Source: an uncultured virus (IMG/VR IMGVR_UViG_3300032087_004917) (Duplodnaviria; Heunggongvirae; Uroviricota; Caudoviricetes). Taken from it: DNA of 20,000 bases. Both the position numbers and the translations under genes were made by a program. A model generated the notes under the pieces. It was not told where the DNA came from and made no database searches. It saw only the letters and a list, made by a program, of their open reading frames with translations. Each line of letters opens with the position of its first letter. Position 1 is the stretch's first letter. Below are positions 6,269-14,484 of the stretch, piece after piece. The stretch lies in IMG/VR virus record IMGVR_UViG_3300032087_004917. The stretch is one strand, 5' to 3'.

Positions 6269-8470
6269 TTAGGCGGCGATAAAATCAGTAATTTTTTCGA
6301 CCAGCGGACGGCACGCGGCACGACTCTGGAGTGACTTGACATAAGCCGAACGAATCTTTGCCTTTGAAGCATCATCTTCAAGATTGTCCATCGCATCATC
6401 GACATCCGTAGCGGCATTGTCGTAGACAACGAACGCGGCATCCCAACCTTCTCGGGCTGCCTTCTCTTGAGACAGAAGACCCCAACGTTCCTTCTTCCAA
6501 GTCTTGACGTTTTGATCACGTTGGGCTGGCGTGCTGGAATACTCCAACATGTTTTGACCCTCTCGCTTGCCAGTCATGAAGAAGTTGATGACCTTCGAAC
6601 CAGTCTCTCCACGAATCCAATCGCAGATAGCCATCTGTCCAATGTTGCGACCGTATTCGCTTTGGGCAGTGTAGGATCGACGGGAGATCGGATCGGTCAC
6701 CACGACGGCTTTGCTGCCACGTTCCTGCACACCGTGATCGCCTTGACCATCGGTGAGGAAAATGATGTTACCGACTTCGGCGTTGGTGCGAGCCATGAGC
6801 GACTGGTGGGTGAACTTGGAGATCGTGAGAGCAGCACCAAGAGGAGTCGATCCAAGATTGAACCCGTCAAGAGTGAACATGCGATAGTCATCAGCAGACT
6901 CACCAAGGAAGAGAGCCGTGGTCACATCTTGATTGAAAAGATTGTTTCGCACAGAAGTGTCAAGAATCTGCAAAAGTTTAGCATTGTTTTCGATAGTGCC
7001 ATCCTTGAAGACGACATCGTATTCGCTGGTGAAAAGGTAAACTTCGCAAGGGACATTGACCTTCTTGCAGAACATCGCCAGCGTAACGGCTTGCTTGATC
7101 GTCGATTGACACTTGCCATTCATCGAACCCGACCAGTCGATCACCACGGTCAGAGCGTGGTTCTTGCCATCGGGACGCTGTTGGGTCTTGAGGAAGATGT
7201 CTTCCGTCAACTTGTAGTTAACAAGTTTGTTCATATCGAGCCGACCAGACTTGGCGACTTGAGTACGACGGGCGATGTGTGCAGCCTGCTTACGAGTGAA
7301 AGCCATCGCCATAGCGTTGACAGTAGGACGAAGATCAGCAGCAGAATCGGACAACTTTTTGATCTTTCGCTGGCTGATGTGTCCACGGGAAACCGAATCG
7401 GCGAAACGCTTGCGAGTCTCGGAGACAGGAAGAACAGCCTCGTCGGTGATACCAGTGGGCATCTTGTTGCTGCCGACATCTTTGTAGTAAGAGGAATCCT
7501 CTTTACTTGCCATTTCTTGAAGATTCTTTGCCATGGCATCGGCAGACTTCGCCATCACATCGCTCCAGCCATCGCTGGCGGCATTGGTTTCTTGATCGCC
7601 TTCGGCAGTGGAACCATCGTCTTCGCCTTCGGCAGCGGATTCCATAGTGCCTTCGCCTTTAGTCTCGACACCATCCTCACCGCCTTCGCCAGTCTCGTCA
7701 CCTTGCTGGTCACCAGTATCGCCGGAGGCATTGTTTTCGGTTTCGTCACCCTCGTCGCCAGTATCTTGTGACTGCTCGCCAGCAGATTGTCCATCCTCGG
7801 AACCTTGGGGAGCATCGTCACCAGACTCGACATCGCCGGAGTCGGATTCTTCTTCGGGTTGATTTTCTTGATTCTCGTCACGCTGCTGCTTCATCAAGTC
7901 GAGAACGTCGGCAGTCAACTCCAAGACCTCTTCGTAAGTCTCGGTGTTCTCTGCACGCTCGACCAGCGTACGCTCTTCGTTGGTGAACATCACTTCGCCA
8001 TTGTAGGCTTTCGCATTGAGATTCATGCGGTCAAGGAACGAACGCTCGTTGATGTCCTCGTCCTCACCGACTTCGAAGAGATTCATCTCACGCATCTCGG
8101 GGTAGCCAGCAGCATAGTCCGAAACCAAACCGCGATATTTGCGTTGGATCAATCGGTCGATGCGAACATCTTCGACAACGTTGAGGGCATTCATCGCAAC
8201 CTGTTCGGGAACGCCAGCATTTTTTGACAAAGTTTTTACAGTTTGAAGAAGATCATCGTCGATAGTATGCAGAGCATGGGACACTTCGTGACCGAGCAAC
8301 ATGTCCGTCAATGATTCGCTCATGTTTTCCCACACTGGCATGATCAACTCACGCGACTCGACATTGAACGATGCCGTAGGTGCGGACGAATCAACACGAA
8401 CCGAAATGTTTTCGGTAGCCAAAAGTCGGGCAAAACCAGAGGAAACGGTAGGAATGGACAGGTTGCTCAT
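6269..8470 (-). CDS. CobT-like protein: N-terminal HExxH metallopeptidase-like domain, acidic linker, C-terminal VWA domain
   Basis: LGHEVSHALHT, NVVEDVRIDR; long D/E/G linker; SGRLD; MIDAS DWSGSM...GSTP...LTDG. Confidence 0.9.
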   Translation of the reverse strand: MSNLSIPTVSSGFARLLATENISVRVDSSAPTASFNVESRELIMPVWENMSESLTDMLLGHEVSHALHTIDDDLLQTVKTLSKNAGVPEQVAMNALNVVEDVRIDRLIQRKYRGLVSDYAAGYPEMREMNLFEVGEDEDINERSFLDRMNLNAKAYNGEVMFTNEERTLVERAENTETYEEVLELTADVLDLMKQQRDENQENQPEEESDSGDVESGDDAPQGSEDGQSAGEQSQDTGDEGDETENNASGDTGDQQGDETGEGGEDGVETKGEGTMESAAEGEDDGSTAEGDQETNAASDGWSDVMAKSADAMAKNLQEMASKEDSSYYKDVGSNKMPTGITDEAVLPVSETRKRFADSVSRGHISQRKIKKLSDSAADLRPTVNAMAMAFTRKQAAHIARRTQVAKSGRLDMNKLVNYKLTEDIFLKTQQRPDGKNHALTVVIDWSGSMNGKCQSTIKQAVTLAMFCKKVNVPCEVYLFTSEYDVVFKDGTIENNAKLLQILDTSVRNNLFNQDVTTALFLGESADDYRMFTLDGFNLGSTPLGAALTISKFTHQSLMARTNAEVGNIIFLTDGQGDHGVQERGSKAVVVTDPISRRSYTAQSEYGRNIGQMAICDWIRGETGSKVINFFMTGKREGQNMLEYSSTPAQRDQNVKTWKKERWGLLSQEKAAREGWDAAFVVYDNAATDVDDAMDNLEDDASKAKIRSAYVKSLQSRAACRPLVEKITDFIAA

Positions 8471-8476
8471 GTCTCA

Positions 8477-8485
8477 AGTGTACCA
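8477..8485 (-). promoter_or_regulatory. Extended -10 promoter, leaderless
   Basis: TGGTACACT-tgagac-ATG(8470); identical 9-mer and 6-nt spacing at 11170. Confidence 0.65.
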
Positions 8486-8518
8486 TAAATCCCCCGGCAG
8501 GATAGCCCATAGGGTCAA

Positions 8519-8829
8519 AAAACTGACAGAATGTGTCAGTTGACGCAAAAAACAACAAAAAGTGTCGCAAAACGCTACAAAAACGCCGACCGTGGCGTAA
8601 AACTTGCATTTTACGCTGATTTTACGACATTTTAACGTTTTTGACGCAAAATGATACCTTTGTGTCGCAAAAATCAGATTCCGGCTCCAACTGTGTCTTT
8701 TTGACACACCCTGACGCAAAATACGAGTAAATTTCACTTTTCCCGCCACGGTCGGCGTTTTTGTGGCGTTTTGCGACAAATGAACGTTTTTATGCATTTT
8801 TTACGCCACTGACACATTCTGACAGTTTT
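8519..8829. repeat. Nested inverted repeats plus an iteron-like TGNCGYAAAA array in the divergent intergenic region
   Basis: 8519-8540 vs 8808-8829 inverted (21/22 identical); 8563-8597 vs 8744-8778 inverted (34/35); about 10 TG(A/T/G)CG(C/T)AAAA copies; phased A/T tracts. Confidence 0.9.
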
Positions 8830-8843
8830 CTTGAGAAACAGGC

Positions 8844-8872
8844 TTGAGGGCTGGCGGGTTTTCGATTAAACT
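8844..8872 (+). promoter_or_regulatory. Sigma70-type promoter, leaderless
   Basis: TTGAGG-17 nt-TAAACT-ttgggc-ATG(8879), no SD. Confidence 0.65.
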
Positions 8873-8878
8873 TTGGGC

Positions 8879-10231
8879 ATGAGCAAATTGAACAAATCAC
8901 GACGCGAGTGGCTTGATGCCCTTTCTGCTACTGGTTCCGTGCGATTCGTCACGGACGAGGCTCTGGTCGTTGCTAAGGCAAACGGCTGGAATGGCATCCC
9001 TCTCTGGTTCCGTTCCTCTGGCTGCGAATACAAAAAAGGTCGCGGCTTTTGGGACATTTCTTCTTACGTCAATGGCGAGGCTGCTCCTGCTGCTCCCGCT
9101 CCTGCTCCCGTGACTCCTGCTCCGGCGGTCGAGTCTGTTCCTGCTTCCCCCGTTATGCAAATGGCGGGTGCGGAAGCACGAATCGTTCCCGAAAAAATGG
9201 AAGGCTACGTCAAGTGGGGACACCACAAGACCGTCGCCACGATTCTCGCCTCTGGTGAGTTTTACCCCGGCTATGTGACTGGTCTTTCCGGCAATGGTAA
9301 GACCACCATGATCATGCAGGCTGCTGCCGATGCCAACCGCGAAATTTATCGCGTCAATATCACCGCCCAAACCGATGAGGACGATCTCATTGGTGGCTTC
9401 CGTTTGCTCAATGGTGATACCGTGTGGGTCGATGGTCCCGCTGTCGTTGCCGCCAAAAAGGGTGCGATCTTGCTTCTCGACGAGATCGACCTTGGCGGTC
9501 CTGCCCTCATGTGTCTCCAGCCTTTGCTGGAAGGTAACGGCATCTTCGTCAAGAAGACTGGCGAGTATGTCGTTCCTGCTGCCGGTTTCAATATCTTCGC
9601 CACTGCCAACACCAAGGGTAAGGGCGACGAAACTGGTTCGTTCGCTCACACCGGAATCATGAACGAGGCTATGCTCGACCGATTCCCCGTGACGCTTGAG
9701 CAGCCATATGCCACCGAAGCCACCGAGAAGAAAATTCTCAAAGGAAAATGTCAAAAGTTTGGCGTTGATGTCAAAGCCGAAGAAAACTTTATCGCCGATC
9801 TTGTCTCTTGGGCAAACAATATTCGTAAATCTTACGAAGTCGGTGCTTCGACCGAGATCATCACCACCCGACGTTTGGAGTCGATCATGAAAGCCTTCGC
9901 CATCTTCGGCAACCATGCCAAGGCGATTGAGATGGGTATTTCTCGCTTCGACGAGCAGACCAAAGCCGATATGCTCAAACTTTATGAAAAGATTTCTGGC
10001 GAGCGTGCCACTGCCACCATGGAGGAGGTCATCGACCTCACCCAATCCGCCCGCGTCAACCTCAACGTGCCATATGCTTCCAAGGATGAAGCCAAGGCAT
10101 ACGGAGCCAAGTGGGATGATGTCGAGCGTACTTGGTACACCACTGGCGAGAACTATGCCCAACACAAAGATTTCTTTGACGGTTACAACCCCACCGCCTC
10201 ACAGGAGAACACCAATGCCTGCCCATGGTAA
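8879..10231 (+). CDS. cobS: CobS-like MoxR-type AAA+ ATPase with N-terminal extension and C-terminal DUF5710-like domain
   Basis: Walker A GLSGNGKT, Walker B LLLDEID, ATANTKGKG, LDRF; Pro/Ala linker; C-terminal LNVPYASKDEAKAYGAKWD..W. Confidence 0.9.
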   Translation: MSKLNKSRREWLDALSATGSVRFVTDEALVVAKANGWNGIPLWFRSSGCEYKKGRGFWDISSYVNGEAAPAAPAPAPVTPAPAVESVPASPVMQMAGAEARIVPEKMEGYVKWGHHKTVATILASGEFYPGYVTGLSGNGKTTMIMQAAADANREIYRVNITAQTDEDDLIGGFRLLNGDTVWVDGPAVVAAKKGAILLLDEIDLGGPALMCLQPLLEGNGIFVKKTGEYVVPAAGFNIFATANTKGKGDETGSFAHTGIMNEAMLDRFPVTLEQPYATEATEKKILKGKCQKFGVDVKAEENFIADLVSWANNIRKSYEVGASTEIITTRRLESIMKAFAIFGNHAKAIEMGISRFDEQTKADMLKLYEKISGERATATMEEVIDLTQSARVNLNVPYASKDEAKAYGAKWDDVERTWYTTGENYAQHKDFFDGYNPTASQENTNACPW

Positions 10232-10343
10232 TCTGACTATCGTACAGGGAGAGCCTGATCTCCCCGACTTCGACATCGAACTCATTGAGGATCTCGATGC
10301 CGACCTTCTCAACGACCCCTGCCTTGGAGGCTCCGAGTTTTGA
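10215..10343 (+). CDS. Small acidic hypothetical protein (42 aa)
   Basis: AGGAG SD at 10203; MPAHGNLTIVQGEPDLPDFDIELIEDLDADLLNDPCLGGSEF. Confidence 0.55.
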   Translation: MPAHGNLTIVQGEPDLPDFDIELIEDLDADLLNDPCLGGSEF

Positions 10344-10433
10344 ACTCTTTTGAAACAATTCTTGTTATTGGCGGTATCATCACCCCAATTTTTGGACTTT
10401 TTAATCTTTACATCACCAAAGGAGGCAAATAAT

Positions 10434-10676
10434 ATGCCACGACCAAAAAAGGTTATCGTTCTTCCCGAGTCTCAAATCCAAGACTCACTCACCAACGGTC
10501 GCGTGACTGTTGCTATGCTGGCTACTGCTGCTGGCTGCTCTGTGCCTACCATGCGTAAGCACCTTGCGGAAGCCTATGGCGACCGCATCACCTTCTCCCG
10601 TGGTCGGACTGGTGGCATCACGCTCACCGCTCCCGTGACCACCACCCCCGTGGGCGAAACCCCACTCGCGTCCTGA
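10434..10676 (+). CDS. Winged helix-turn-helix DNA-binding protein
   Basis: Strong AAGGAGG SD; VTVAMLATAAGCSVPTMRKHL HTH followed by ITFSRGRTGGI wing. Confidence 0.8.
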   Translation: MPRPKKVIVLPESQIQDSLTNGRVTVAMLATAAGCSVPTMRKHLAEAYGDRITFSRGRTGGITLTAPVTTTPVGETPLAS

Positions 10677-10695
10677 TCGGGACGTTTGCTCATAC

Positions 10696-10726
10696 GCTGC
10701 CGCAGGGGGAAACCCTTGCGTGCAGT
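10696..10726. other. GC-rich hairpin with GAAA tetraloop (terminator or stabilising stem)
   Basis: CGCAGGGG-GAAA-CCCTTGCG with a ctgc/gcag extension; no U-tract on the plus strand. Confidence 0.5.
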
Positions 10727-10848
10727 ATTCAAAAAAACAACAAAAAGTGTTGTGTATATTGCAAAAAAACAGTGTATGCTAACACGACCCCTATGAGCCT
10801 CTGGTGGGCTAGCCCCCGGTTGCTCTTCCTTCCCCGGAGTAAAAAAAT

Positions 10849-11052
10849 ATGTCAAGTTTGATTCTTTTTCTTTTTCTTTGTTTGATCATCATCGGGCTTC
10901 CTTTCGGATTCATCGTTTCTTTGAATACCCTTTTTGATCTGGGTATCGGATACGGATTCTCCGAGTGGCTTTCTGCAATGTTCATTCTTTGTGTTTTCTG
11001 CTCTCGTCAACTCCCCGTTGAAAAAACAGAAGAAGAAGATACAGAAAAGTGA
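10849..11052 (+). CDS. Small two-TM membrane protein
   Basis: GGAG SD; two hydrophobic segments; LNTLF motif; acidic tail. Confidence 0.75.
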   Translation: MSSLILFLFLCLIIIGLPFGFIVSLNTLFDLGIGYGFSEWLSAMFILCVFCSRQLPVEKTEEEDTEK

Positions 11053-11169
11053 AAAGTTTTTTGAAAAATCGATTTTCAAAATTTTTTTCGGGGCAAAAAT
11101 CTGACCTAGACCCCAATCAAATTTTTCTGGCTTTTTTCTTCCTTCTCTAGTTTCTTGGTCTTTTATTTC

Positions 11170-11178
11170 TGGTACACT
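11170..11178 (+). promoter_or_regulatory. Extended -10 promoter, leaderless
   Basis: TGGTACACT-atccac-ATG(11185); AT-rich upstream region with a near-palindrome centred on ATCGAT near 11070. Confidence 0.65.
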
Positions 11179-11184
11179 ATCCAC

Positions 11185-11586
11185 ATGGCAATCACCAATC
11201 ACAATCTTTATCTTTCCGCTCCGACCAACTCTTCATACGGATACCAAGTTGCCCGTTTTCGTTTTCAACACCATTCTGAAAAGGGTAAAGTTTTTATTCG
11301 AACTTACTGCGATCAGTTTGGTGACAACGAGCAAGAGTTTAATCTTCACCGTGACTACATGCAGAGTCAATATCACTGGGCAATCTCCGATGCATTGAGA
11401 CAGGAGTTTGATGGCATCGCAAATGAAATGGTGACACAAGAAGCGGCAGAGTCAGACGATGGTGACTACAATGAATACACCGCTCGGAAGATTTGGAATG
11501 CCCTCGCCAGCCATGGCTGGTCTACGGACATGGGTGAAGTGATCGGAAAGAACGATGAGCGACAACTGGCATTTCAGGCTTCGTAA
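11185..11586 (+). CDS. Hypothetical protein, ARxxW..L...GW family (paralog 1)
   Basis: C-terminal EYTARKIWNALASHGWS. Confidence 0.8.
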   Translation: MAITNHNLYLSAPTNSSYGYQVARFRFQHHSEKGKVFIRTYCDQFGDNEQEFNLHRDYMQSQYHWAISDALRQEFDGIANEMVTQEAAESDDGDYNEYTARKIWNALASHGWSTDMGEVIGKNDERQLAFQAS

Positions 11587-11601
11587 GGAGGAAGCATACC
11601 A

Positions 11602-11919
11602 ATGAACAAATGGCAAGCATGGTGGGACAAGGCAAACGAGGTGATCGATGCTGCACCAAACGGTGTGGACTATTACTGGCTCGCTGCTCCTCCCACAGAC
11701 GCAGTACCCGAAGTCAAACTTTTTCGTTTTGAACAAATCGTTCCCGGTCAAATCGAGATTGTCAGACATAGGATCTACTTCGAAAAGGATGCCTACCAGC
11801 CCGCCGCTCGTCAAGAGGGTCGCCAAATCATGGGGGCAGGAGAAGCAAGATGCTTTTGGGACAATCATGTTGAGTACGGATGTTTTCGTTTGCGTTCCTT
11901 AGAAGGAGAAACAGTATGA
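11602..11919 (+). CDS. Hypothetical protein, ARxxW family (paralog 2)
   Basis: AAGGAGG SD; GEARCFWDNHVEYGC. Confidence 0.8.
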   Translation: MNKWQAWWDKANEVIDAAPNGVDYYWLAAPPTDAVPEVKLFRFEQIVPGQIEIVRHRIYFEKDAYQPAARQEGRQIMGAGEARCFWDNHVEYGCFRLRSLEGETV

Positions 11920-12287
11920 AGTTTCATCGTGTTGTAAAGAATCACAATCGTCAAGGCGGTTCTCATTATCAAACTTTGTGGTCTGACATGGGCGAGAGCC
12001 GTTGGATCATCTGCTCTTCTTCTTTCATCGAGATCAACGGAGAGACAATGTGCGATGAGGTGATGGCTTTCCAAAGCAACTCCAAGGGTGATTTGTTTAC
12101 TGCATCATATCTTGATGTTTGTTATCCTCACTCCGTGGATCACAAGGTTCACCAAGCACTGGCATCGTCCGCCTATGACGAACTCGCCAAGCAACACATG
12201 GGTGTCGATGGTGGTATGCAAGAACTCCGTGACGAGCAAGCCAACTCCTCTGGCTGCACGCTCGCTCACATGGAGGAAGCAATCTAA
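11916..12287 (+). CDS. Hypothetical protein
   Basis: AAGGAG SD, ATGA overlap, MKFHRVVKNH... Confidence 0.8.
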   Translation: MKFHRVVKNHNRQGGSHYQTLWSDMGESRWIICSSSFIEINGETMCDEVMAFQSNSKGDLFTASYLDVCYPHSVDHKVHQALASSAYDELAKQHMGVDGGMQELRDEQANSSGCTLAHMEEAI

Positions 12288-12560
12288 ATGGCAAAACAAA
12301 CGTTTACTCTTTACACGGAAGATGCAAACATTGGTGGGTATGATCCATCAAAGTTTTATCGTGCAGAGTATTCGTTTGTTCATTGGGATGACGAAGAGCA
12401 TCCCGACTTCATCGTGACGCTGCGATTCCTTGAGAAAGATGTCGATAACGAATGCATTGAACACGGTAACACACAGAACACTCGCAACAAGACAAAAGAT
12501 ACAGCGAGAGATCTGTGGAACTCTCTGGCAAGAAAGGGGTGGGAACGTGGCTGTCACTGA
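12288..12560 (+). CDS. Hypothetical protein, ARxxW..L...GW family (paralog 3)
   Basis: GGAGG SD; KDTARDLWNSLARKGWE. Confidence 0.8.
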   Translation: MAKQTFTLYTEDANIGGYDPSKFYRAEYSFVHWDDEEHPDFIVTLRFLEKDVDNECIEHGNTQNTRNKTKDTARDLWNSLARKGWERGCH

Positions 12561-13074
12561 TATCAATCACATGTTGACCTTTCCTAAAACTTTGCCGGAA
12601 GACAAAAGAAAGATTTACATTCCTCTTGAGGAGAGAATGGATCACTCAAAAAACCGTACCTGCCCAACCGACTTTACTTGGTACGGGTTTCAACTCCGAG
12701 CCGAGGTTGACAAGGTTGTTCCGTCTGGTCCCACGAAAGGTCAATTGATGAGAGACACCGTTCCTGTTCTGTTCTGGCACAGCAACATGAAACAGAATGA
12801 AGACGTAGTGATCTTCTCGTATGGAAGATTGTATGGTGAAGATTTTCAGTATGATGTTTTCACCAAAGACGAAGCAAGAAAACTTTGGGATCGATATGTC
12901 AATGATCGCTCCACTGTCGAAATGTTTATCTCAAAAAAAGTTGATCCAACATATGCGTGTGTGGTGTCTCATATAAATCCCGAGTTGGCATACGACAAGA
13001 AACTCGGAGGATCTTGGTTCATGGGAAATGTGCCGTGGAAAAAAACCGTAAAGGAAATGTTGAATGCAAGTTAA
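12547..13074 (+). CDS. Hypothetical protein, ARxxW family (paralog 4)
   Basis: Probable GTG start at 12547 (start uncertain); KDEARKLWDRYV. Confidence 0.7.
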   Translation: MAVTDINHMLTFPKTLPEDKRKIYIPLEERMDHSKNRTCPTDFTWYGFQLRAEVDKVVPSGPTKGQLMRDTVPVLFWHSNMKQNEDVVIFSYGRLYGEDFQYDVFTKDEARKLWDRYVNDRSTVEMFISKKVDPTYACVVSHINPELAYDKKLGGSWFMGNVPWKKTVKEMLNAS

Positions 13075-13408
13075 AACAAACAAACTAGTCCGCGATAAAG
13101 TCTGCGAAGTAATGGCTGATCGTGGAATTGCAAAATCATCAAAGGTTCGTTATGCAAAAGGTAAAGAATATCAAACTTACCTTTTTGCGAAACTGATGGA
13201 AGAGTGTGCCGAAGTGATCGGTGCAAACACCAAAGAACAAACCACAGAAGAACTCGCGGATCTTCTGGAGGTCGTTGACGCGATTCGTGAAGAGTTTGGT
13301 ATTTCTCTGATGGATGTCAAAGAAGTAAAGACTCAGAAAAAGTGTGAAAAGGGTGGCTTCTACGAGGGCTGCATTTTGGAAGGAATTAACTATGAGTGTG
13401 AAGATTGA
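13064..13408 (+). CDS. All-alpha NTP pyrophosphohydrolase (COG4997 / PRA-PH, MazG-like superfamily)
   Basis: NKLVRDK, KLMEECAE, EELADLLEV, K..EKGGF motifs. Confidence 0.9.
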   Translation: MQVKTNKLVRDKVCEVMADRGIAKSSKVRYAKGKEYQTYLFAKLMEECAEVIGANTKEQTTEELADLLEVVDAIREEFGISLMDVKEVKTQKKCEKGGFYEGCILEGINYECED

Positions 13409-13790
13409 TATGGGAATGGATCGTTATGTTTGTGCTGTTGGTTTCAAGGATCATACTTGGGGAACCTATGCTCAAAATGCTACTGCGGACAACGAGGCTC
13501 AAGGTTTGCTTCGGTCGTACTTTGATGACAGAATCAAGAATGGCAACGGATTCAACGAAGATTCTGCTACCGTGGAATTTATCAAAGTCCTTCGTGTCGA
13601 AAAGATTGAAGAAGAATACGAAGACGATGATGATTGGGCAATGAATGACAAGCCCACCAAGATCATGCGAGCGAAGCCCGTGAGCAACGTGGACTACAAT
13701 GATGATCTTGATGAAGATCTTGACAACATTCCCTTCTACGGAATCGACCCGGAAGATGATGATGATCTTGAGGATGATGTTCACCAATGA
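13392..13790 (+). CDS. Hypothetical protein with very acidic C-terminus
   Basis: AAGGA SD before ATG 13392; D/E-rich tail. Confidence 0.75.
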   Translation: MSVKIDMGMDRYVCAVGFKDHTWGTYAQNATADNEAQGLLRSYFDDRIKNGNGFNEDSATVEFIKVLRVEKIEEEYEDDDDWAMNDKPTKIMRAKPVSNVDYNDDLDEDLDNIPFYGIDPEDDDDLEDDVHQ

Positions 13791-13888
13791 ACAATTGGGA
13801 CACTGAATGTATTCTCTTGATGCTCTTTACACTTGGAGTCGCTGCTTTTGTTAGCATCATGCTCGACAGTGATAAGGACAATAAATGA
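13787..13888 (+). CDS. Small single-TM protein (33 aa)
   Basis: ATGA overlaps at both ends; MNNWDTECILLMLFTLGVAAFVSIMLDSDKDNK. Confidence 0.65.
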   Translation: MNNWDTECILLMLFTLGVAAFVSIMLDSDKDNK

Positions 13889-14484
13889 ACAAAATGCGTG
13901 TCAAAAACTTCGATGTAATACCTTGTGATATACAAGTTATTCGTGAGTTTGTGGAGACATGGCATTATTCAGGTAATGTCAATGGACTACGACTGGCACA
14001 ATGTTTTGCTTTATTCAATGGTAAAGATTTGATTGGTGCAATGATCTATGGTTCCTTGGGCATGGCAAACGCATGGAAGAAGTACGGTGAGTCGGAAGCA
14101 GATGTTGTAGAGTTGAGGCGGTTGTGCTGCATTGACGAAACACCAAAGAATACCGAATCGTATTTCATCGGACGCACTCTCAGATGGTTGCGTAAAAATA
14201 CTGGCTACAAGGTTGTTGTCTCATACGCAGATACACACCACGGACATGAGGGTACAATCTACAAGGCATCTAACTTTGAGCATGTAGGTATGACTGCGAA
14301 AGGCAGAATCATCAAGATGGGAGAACGTGAATACCATGACAAAACAATCCGAACCTATTACACCAACAAAGATGGTGTCAAAAAACTCAAACCCTTTGCT
14401 CAAAGAGTAAAGGATGCACTTGAAAGCGGAGAGGCAGAATACATGAACCGTCCGCCAAAACACATTTACCTTTATTCTTTATGA
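13885..14484 (+). CDS. Mom-like GNAT-fold adenine-modification protein
   Basis: WHYS, LIGAMIYG, ELRRL, PKNTESYFIGRTLRWL, VVSYADT..GH.GTIYKASNF motifs. Confidence 0.85.
   Translation: MNKMRVKNFDVIPCDIQVIREFVETWHYSGNVNGLRLAQCFALFNGKDLIGAMIYGSLGMANAWKKYGESEADVVELRRLCCIDETPKNTESYFIGRTLRWLRKNTGYKVVVSYADTHHGHEGTIYKASNFEHVGMTAKGRIIKMGEREYHDKTIRTYYTNKDGVKKLKPFAQRVKDALESGEAEYMNRPPKHIYLYSL

Noticed and set aside
6467..7771. 434-aa plus-strand ORF
   Set aside because: Antisense to the VWA gene; stop-free because of its codon bias, with no recognisable motifs
8474..8797. ORFs across the repeat region (8474-8797, 8391-8609)
   Set aside because: They overlap promoters and inverted repeats, lack SDs and have no protein-like features; the region is better explained as non-coding
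8519..8829. CRISPR array or IS/MITE interpretation of the repeats
   Set aside because: Repeats are inverted or 10-bp degenerate, with no regular repeat-spacer period; no cas, transposase or recombinase gene in the window and no evident target-site duplication
8897..10165. 422-aa minus-strand ORF
   Set aside because: Antisense shadow of the AAA+ ATPase gene
8879..10231. cobS as a cobalamin-biosynthesis auxiliary metabolic gene
   Set aside because: No cobN or other cob genes in the window; the MoxR/VWA architecture is generic and the name reflects homology only
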